Part shown: piece after piece, positions 59,933-64,000 of the stretch
Numbering within the stretch: the first letter of the stretch is position 1
Layout: the number at the start of each line of letters is the position of its first letter
Assembly: GCA_964616755.1 (NCBI GenBank)
Contig: CAZTSI010000012.1
Coordinates: 9,428 to 73,427 of the forward strand
Direction: 5' to 3'
From: an uncultured Saprospiraceae bacterium
GTDB taxonomy: Bacteria > Bacteroidota > Bacteroidia > Chitinophagales > Saprospiraceae
DNA: 64,000 bases
Position numbers and translations under genes: made by a program
The notes under the pieces: model-generated
Told to the model about the DNA's origin: nothing
The model's input: the letters and a program-made list of their open reading frames with translations, nothing else
Databases searched by the model: none

Positions 59933-60244
59933 ATGATTTATATGTCAATAATACTACTTCAAGCTAATACTGGTGCACTTCCTTTGAATTTGATTTTCTT
60001 AGGATTGATGTTTGTGGTGATGTACTTCTTCTTTATTCGACCAGCTGCAAAAAAACAGCGCGTCCAAGAGACTTTCATAAAAGAGCTTGCTAAAGGGGAT
60101 GATGTGGTCACAAGCTCAGGAATCATCGGATCTATTCTGAGCTTCAACGAAAAAACGGTGACCCTACAAGTCAGTCAAAAAGGTGTAATAGAAGTATTGC
60201 GAAGCACGATAAGTAAAGAATTGACAGATAGCTATAAGAGCTAG
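59933..60244 (+). CDS. yajC: preprotein translocase subunit YajC
   Basis: Single TM helix followed by FFFIRPAAKKQR and GDDVVTSSGIIGSI. The start is ATG 59933 or 59942. Confidence 0.85.
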   Translation: MIYMSIILLQANTGALPLNLIFLGLMFVVMYFFFIRPAAKKQRVQETFIKELAKGDDVVTSSGIIGSILSFNEKTVTLQVSQKGVIEVLRSTISKELTDSYKS

Positions 60245-60365
60245 TGATGTTGTTGGTGTTGATGTCGCAGTATTCTCTGGATTAAATACAAAGGGGATAA
60301 AGACTTTTAATATTTAGTCATAAAGACATTATTTTGAAAATTTTTATTCAGCTGTATGTTTTTGA

Positions 60366-60477
60366 GATGAAAATTCAGACATTTTGATGTAAGCAAATGC
60401 TCAAATTTTCGAGAAGATAGCAGCGCTATCGTTGAAAAAATAGCTGCATTATGACGCAAAAACTGTCTTTTTCATCC
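60366..60477. repeat. long imperfect inverted repeat (~50-nt arms) with a perfect central GATAGC-AGC-GCTATC hairpin
   Basis: Left arm GATGAAAATTCAGACATTTTGATG... pairs with right arm ...GCAAAAACTGTCTTTTTCATC. Centre at 60416-60430. I aligned it by eye, with several mismatches and bulges. Confidence 0.5.
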
Positions 60478-60489
60478 AAAATTAATCAT

Positions 60490-61272
60490 AGCTTAATAGG
60501 TTCGAAAAATTTAATATTAATGTTGAATAATTTCTGTGATTTATCAACTTGATAAAAACCTCGCTGTGACCTCACGTAGCCATAGATTAGGCAAACTCTA
60601 GTAGCTTTCATATGCACCTAACCTTATGATATTCTGCTTAAGTCGCTAGTCTACAATACTCGAAAATGTACACGATGAATTACGATAATTACCCATAATT
60701 GATCATGTCTAAAGGTTTTTCTAAAAAATATCTTGACCGAGAGATTTTGGAAATAGCGTTAATTCTACCTGCCAAGGCAAGCTCTGCCATAAAGCAGAAA
60801 TGTAAATATTATTGTTTGCCTTTTGATCAAATACTAATGCAATATCTCGACGACAACTGAGCATTATCAAATACTCAAACAATGAAATTTGAGCACATCA
60901 AGACAAACATAATACCATGACTCCTAACAATACCTATAAAATTCTCTAGCAGACACCGAATACGTCGCGTATTGCTCCAGATGCTCTGGCGTTACCAATT
61001 CCTTTTTAAATTTATTACCTTTAAAATCATAATATCCAGAGCCTAAACAGCTACAAGACGCATTAAGCTGTTGTACTATTGCTTATGATCCTTTAACTAA
61101 ATCAGTTCCTTTACTTCAAGGCCAACCATACTTGCATTTCCATTTATAAAATGTTGGCTCAGTAATTCCATACTTAAGTGATATCACAATTTCCTTTAAG
61201 TCCTGTACCTTAAGAACGGTGATGATTTATTCCTTCGTAAATTTTGACTTTCGCAAAACTTGTTTCGTCTAA
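60490..61272 (-). mobile_element. decayed IS3-family insertion sequence remnant (OrfA HTH + start of OrfB), truncated
   Basis: Minus-strand translation gives TKQVLRKSKFTKE*IITVLKVQDLKEIVISLKYGITEPTFYKWKCKYGWP*SKGTDLVKGS*AIVQQLNAS... This matches the IS3 OrfA pattern (RRKFTxEQKxxIL...GISExTFYKWKxKYGG...LKxLEEEN). Downstream pieces resemble the OrfB N-terminus (KKELVTP...; LYGRACLGR; DQLWVIIVIHRV versus PNQLWVTDITYI). Many stops are present, and no long ORF remains in 1.18 kb. Confidence 0.55.
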
Positions 61273-61368
61273 AGGAAAAAATTTAATCTATTTTATCCGC
61301 TTCGATAAACCCAACCAAGTATCGTTGGACATTTTCGTAACGAAGCACAAAACACAATCCATCATTTG

Positions 61369-61403
61369 AAAAAAAGCCCACTCTAATCAGAGCTGGGCTT
61401 TTT
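61369..61403 (-). terminator. intrinsic terminator downstream of the T9SS-sorted surface protein gene (potentially bidirectional)
   Basis: Minus strand reads AAAAAGCCCAGCTCT-GATT-AGAGTGGGCT followed by T7. The plus-strand version is followed by T5. Confidence 0.7.
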
Positions 61404-61427
61404 GAAATTATTTATTTAACTCGATAC

Positions 61428-64000
61428 TTACCTAACCAAGGTAACATTTCCTCTTTGTTCAAATTCTTGGCCATTCACACAGAATACCTTAAGAGCATAA
61501 GCAAACACATCAGGTGGCACGTCATTGCCGGTTGTTTGGTGACGTCCGTTCCAGCCTTCATTTACATTATTGGATCTAAACACTTCTTTACCCCAACGAT
61601 CTACGATCAACAGCTCTAACTCCGTTGCCGCATTGGTGCGGACAAAGAGAACGTCGTTGACATTATCACCATTCGGTGAGAAGGCCAGCGGTATAAATAT
61701 TCCTTCGGTATCGCATGTCGCTGGATTAACATTAATAGTGATTGATTGCATAGTAGTACAACCGTTTGCATCAGTTATATTCACAGTATACGTTGTAGTA
61801 ACATCTGGAGATTTAGTAATTGTCGCCGTAGTCTCACCTGTATTCCATAAAAAAGTCATTCCATTTCCGTTTGATACCATCGCTGTTAACGTTACCGACT
61901 CACCTTGATTGATCGTAGTTCCTGGCACTGCAACAATAGATGCCGTAAGCGTTATGACCGGCACTTGCACATTAAGATCAAACATCATTTGACATCCGCC
62001 ATCTTGATTAGTGACTGTAACTGTCACAATACCTGCATCTGGCCTAACGGTAGGTGTTGGTGTATTACCTCCACTCACAATCGCTGAACCAGGACTCCAA
62101 ACATAGCTAAGGTTTGCATTCGTGTTGTCGACAGACGTTATCATTACGTTGCTTCCTGCGCAAACAGGATTATTTGGAAAAGAAAAGTCGAGGTCAAAGG
62201 AATATTCGCTGATGTTAAACTCAAGCATTTCAACGCAGCCATTGATATCTGTCGTGTTGGCAATAACCGTTTGGTTGATACTTGGATCCACAATAATCGA
62301 ATCACCTGTACCAAGAAGGCCGCCCTGTACATCAGTCCAAATAATAACTCCTCCATTGGTCTCTGCACTTAAAACTATAGGCTCTGATGATTCGCCGCAT
62401 ATCACTGGATTTAGATCACTCTGGCTCGTAAGTGTTAATATTTCAGGTACAATGAAGCCATATTCAAACGATGTAAAATTACATGTTGGCATCATTGAGC
62501 TAAGTCGCACACGTCTAAAGCCTGCGCTGTCAAACGTTATTCTTGGTGCTACATCGGTAGTTACAACAGATTCCCCATTGACCACTCCGAAATCCCAAGT
62601 AATATCACCAGGATTAAATCCATCTTGAACACCAAACTGCAATGTCATAGACCCGCATTCAAATTGATCAGTAGGAAGAGGTTCAATAACATTGCTATAA
62701 GGAATAGTTATGGTATACTCAATCGAGCAGCCTGAACTATCCGTCGCTGTATATTGTAATTCAATTGATTCTTTGCCACCAATAGCACTTACCCTAATAG
62801 AGTCTGTCGATAAATCTTCATTTAATATCTCAGGGGCGGCTGCCCACACTATGTCGAGATCTCTTCCATCTTGAATCGTCAGTACTATATCAACCGTATC
62901 GCCCAAACAAATTCGTGATGGCGCATTATCGGTTATTTCGTAAAGAATTTGATCTGGAGCAAAACCAATTGGATCATTAGGACAACCATTAGGGTTAATA
63001 GCCCTTAAATAAATAGTCCCCCCTTCACCAACATCTACTGTCACCGTCTGATCCGTGGAAATAATTGTTTCAAAACTTGGACTCAGTGACCATTCATATG
63101 TAGCCTCTTCACTGCTAGAACTGGCAGAGAAAGTGCCTGTCGTACCGCAAGTTGGATTCGCCAAAGGAATAATCGAAACATTCGTTAATGTATCTAATAC
63201 AATAACAAGGATAGAGTCAATAGCCGAAAGTGTTCCTTTAGTAGCTCTAACAGTATAGAAAGTTGTTTCGGTCGGACGTGCAATAGGATCACTAAAGTTA
63301 GTCAAGTCCGTAAAGAATAATCCTTCAGTTGGTGACCAATTGTAAGTTACGTCTGGTGTTACACTATTGAATAAGGCAGCCTCATCCCCAAGACAAATCG
63401 TTATTGTATCTCCTACTAAATCAATAAGAACTTCTTCGTTGATATTGGAGTAGATGGTCTTAATTATCACGATCTCGCAACCAAAATCGTCAATTAAAGT
63501 CAATTTAGCGACCACTGAATCTTGTCCCCCTAAAGCAATGGTGCCTGAGAAAATTCTTTCTTCGCTTGTCAACATTTCCAAACTTGATGAAACCATCCAA
63601 TTATATGAGACGATAACAAATTGACTTAACAAGGTTTCTAAATTGAAATCTACAGTAAAATCAATCGTACCGTCACCATTAACTTCGATCATTTCAGTAA
63701 TCACTGTGGATGCTCTCACCGCCACTGGGTCAAATCCGATAGGTGTAATGAATACACTGTCTACGACGACACACGCACCATTTGTCACTGTCAAGTAATA
63801 ATATTCTGCCACATCTGGAGTAAAATTCGGATTGGTAGCACTAAAGGGCGAAGCTATATTTACTTTACTCACTGGTGACCAACTATAGGAATAAGAATCC
63901 TTAGCGCCGATCACTTCACCGATCAATCCGCCGCTGCGACACACCTCAGCTGAATCAACCCCAATATCGATAATAGGTTTTTCGTCTACTATGACTAAAA
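61428..64000 (-). CDS. very large surface protein with T9SS type-B (CHU_C / gliding-motility-associated) C-terminal sorting domain; N-terminus outside window
   Basis: The frame stays open to the window edge; I checked the codons upstream of the track's GTG at 63944. The C-terminal ~90 aa (FIPLAFSPNGDNVNDVLFV...DRWGKEVF...GWNG...PPDVFAYALKV) is the type-B sorting domain. The upstream part consists of repeated Ig-like modules marked by Y(S/N/V/E)WSP motifs. Confidence 0.85.
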   Translation of the reverse strand, partial: LVIVDEKPIIDIGVDSAEVCRSGGLIGEVIGAKDSYSYSWSPVSKVNIASPFSATNPNFTPDVAEYYYLTVTNGACVVVDSVFITPIGFDPVAVRASTVITEMIEVNGDGTIDFTVDFNLETLLSQFVIVSYNWMVSSSLEMLTSEERIFSGTIALGGQDSVVAKLTLIDDFGCEIVIIKTIYSNINEEVLIDLVGDTITICLGDEAALFNSVTPDVTYNWSPTEGLFFTDLTNFSDPIARPTETTFYTVRATKGTLSAIDSILVIVLDTLTNVSIIPLANPTCGTTGTFSASSSSEEATYEWSLSPSFETIISTDQTVTVDVGEGGTIYLRAINPNGCPNDPIGFAPDQILYEITDNAPSRICLGDTVDIVLTIQDGRDLDIVWAAAPEILNEDLSTDSIRVSAIGGKESIELQYTATDSSGCSIEYTITIPYSNVIEPLPTDQFECGSMTLQFGVQDGFNPGDITWDFGVVNGESVVTTDVAPRITFDSAGFRRVRLSSMMPTCNFTSFEYGFIVPEILTLTSQSDLNPVICGESSEPIVLSAETNGGVIIWTDVQGGLLGTGDSIIVDPSINQTVIANTTDINGCVEMLEFNISEYSFDLDFSFPNNPVCAGSNVMITSVDNTNANLSYVWSPGSAIVSGGNTPTPTVRPDAGIVTVTVTNQDGGCQMMFDLNVQVPVITLTASIVAVPGTTINQGESVTLTAMVSNGNGMTFLWNTGETTATITKSPDVTTTYTVNITDANGCTTMQSITINVNPATCDTEGIFIPLAFSPNGDNVNDVLFVRTNAATELELLIVDRWGKEVFRSNNVNEGWNGRHQTTGNDVPPDVFAYALKVFCVNGQEFEQRGNVTLVR

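Noticed and set aside
59920-59935. The divergent aroK and yajC start codons are only 10 bp apart. Convergent 3' overlaps also occur at bshC/accD (29 nt, 53342-53370) and mlaD/GT61 (TTAA).
   Set aside because: Compact gene packing of this kind is common in small AT-rich genomes, and the alternative starts (yajC 59942) are uncertain. It is not evidence of a special regulatory device.
1-64000. I looked for CRISPR arrays, rRNA genes, integrases or recombinases, toxin-antitoxin pairs, restriction-modification genes and other defence genes, and prophage structural genes.
   Set aside because: I found no regularly spaced direct repeats and no recognisable motifs for these classes on either strand. 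The only mobile-element trace is the dead IS3 fragment.

Overview
This 64-kb window looks like a chromosomal segment of a Bacteroidota-type genome. The markers are a T9SS type-B C-terminal sorting domain, BshC, a long-form PurM, and an alternative complex III + cytochrome oxidase supercluster. It is AT-rich, roughly 40% GC by eye (not computed). I can support about 58 protein-coding genes, one tRNA-Arg(TCT), four pseudogenes or gene remnants, and two intrinsic terminators. I saw no rRNA, CRISPR array, prophage or recognisable defence system.

Most of the window is housekeeping: hemL, alaS, ung, thyA, ppk1, purB, purM, bshC, accD, hemE, dapB, dnaG, fbaA, aroK, yajC. The dominant block is a 16.5-kb same-strand respiratory supercluster at 29285-45798. 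It runs actABCDEF, coxII, coxI, cyoE, two coxIII-type genes, coxIV, an SCO-like gene, DUF420 and a small CxxC protein.

Items worth a second look:
1. A cysteine-rich exported mini-protein whose TGA stop overlaps (ATGA) the start of a propeller-like lipoprotein. G7 and T10 homopolymers sit at its 5' end.
2. A CoxII with an intact CuA site fused to a C-terminal OmpA-like peptidoglycan-binding domain.
3. A cysteine-less SCO-like protein and a small CPMC membrane protein in the oxidase operon, plus a His-rich loop in ActF.
4. A GntP-RidA-DSD1/D-TA-M19 dipeptidase cluster, which suggests catabolism of a D-amino-acid-containing compound.
5. A Tat-signal PLP aminotransferase.
6. An ECF-sigma operon ending in a beta-lactamase-fold hydrolase.
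7. Several decayed genes: a TfoX-like gene, an adenylate cyclase, a split GT61 and an IS3 remnant.

None of these is a demonstrably new system from sequence alone. Family assignments rest on my recognition of motifs, not on database searches.
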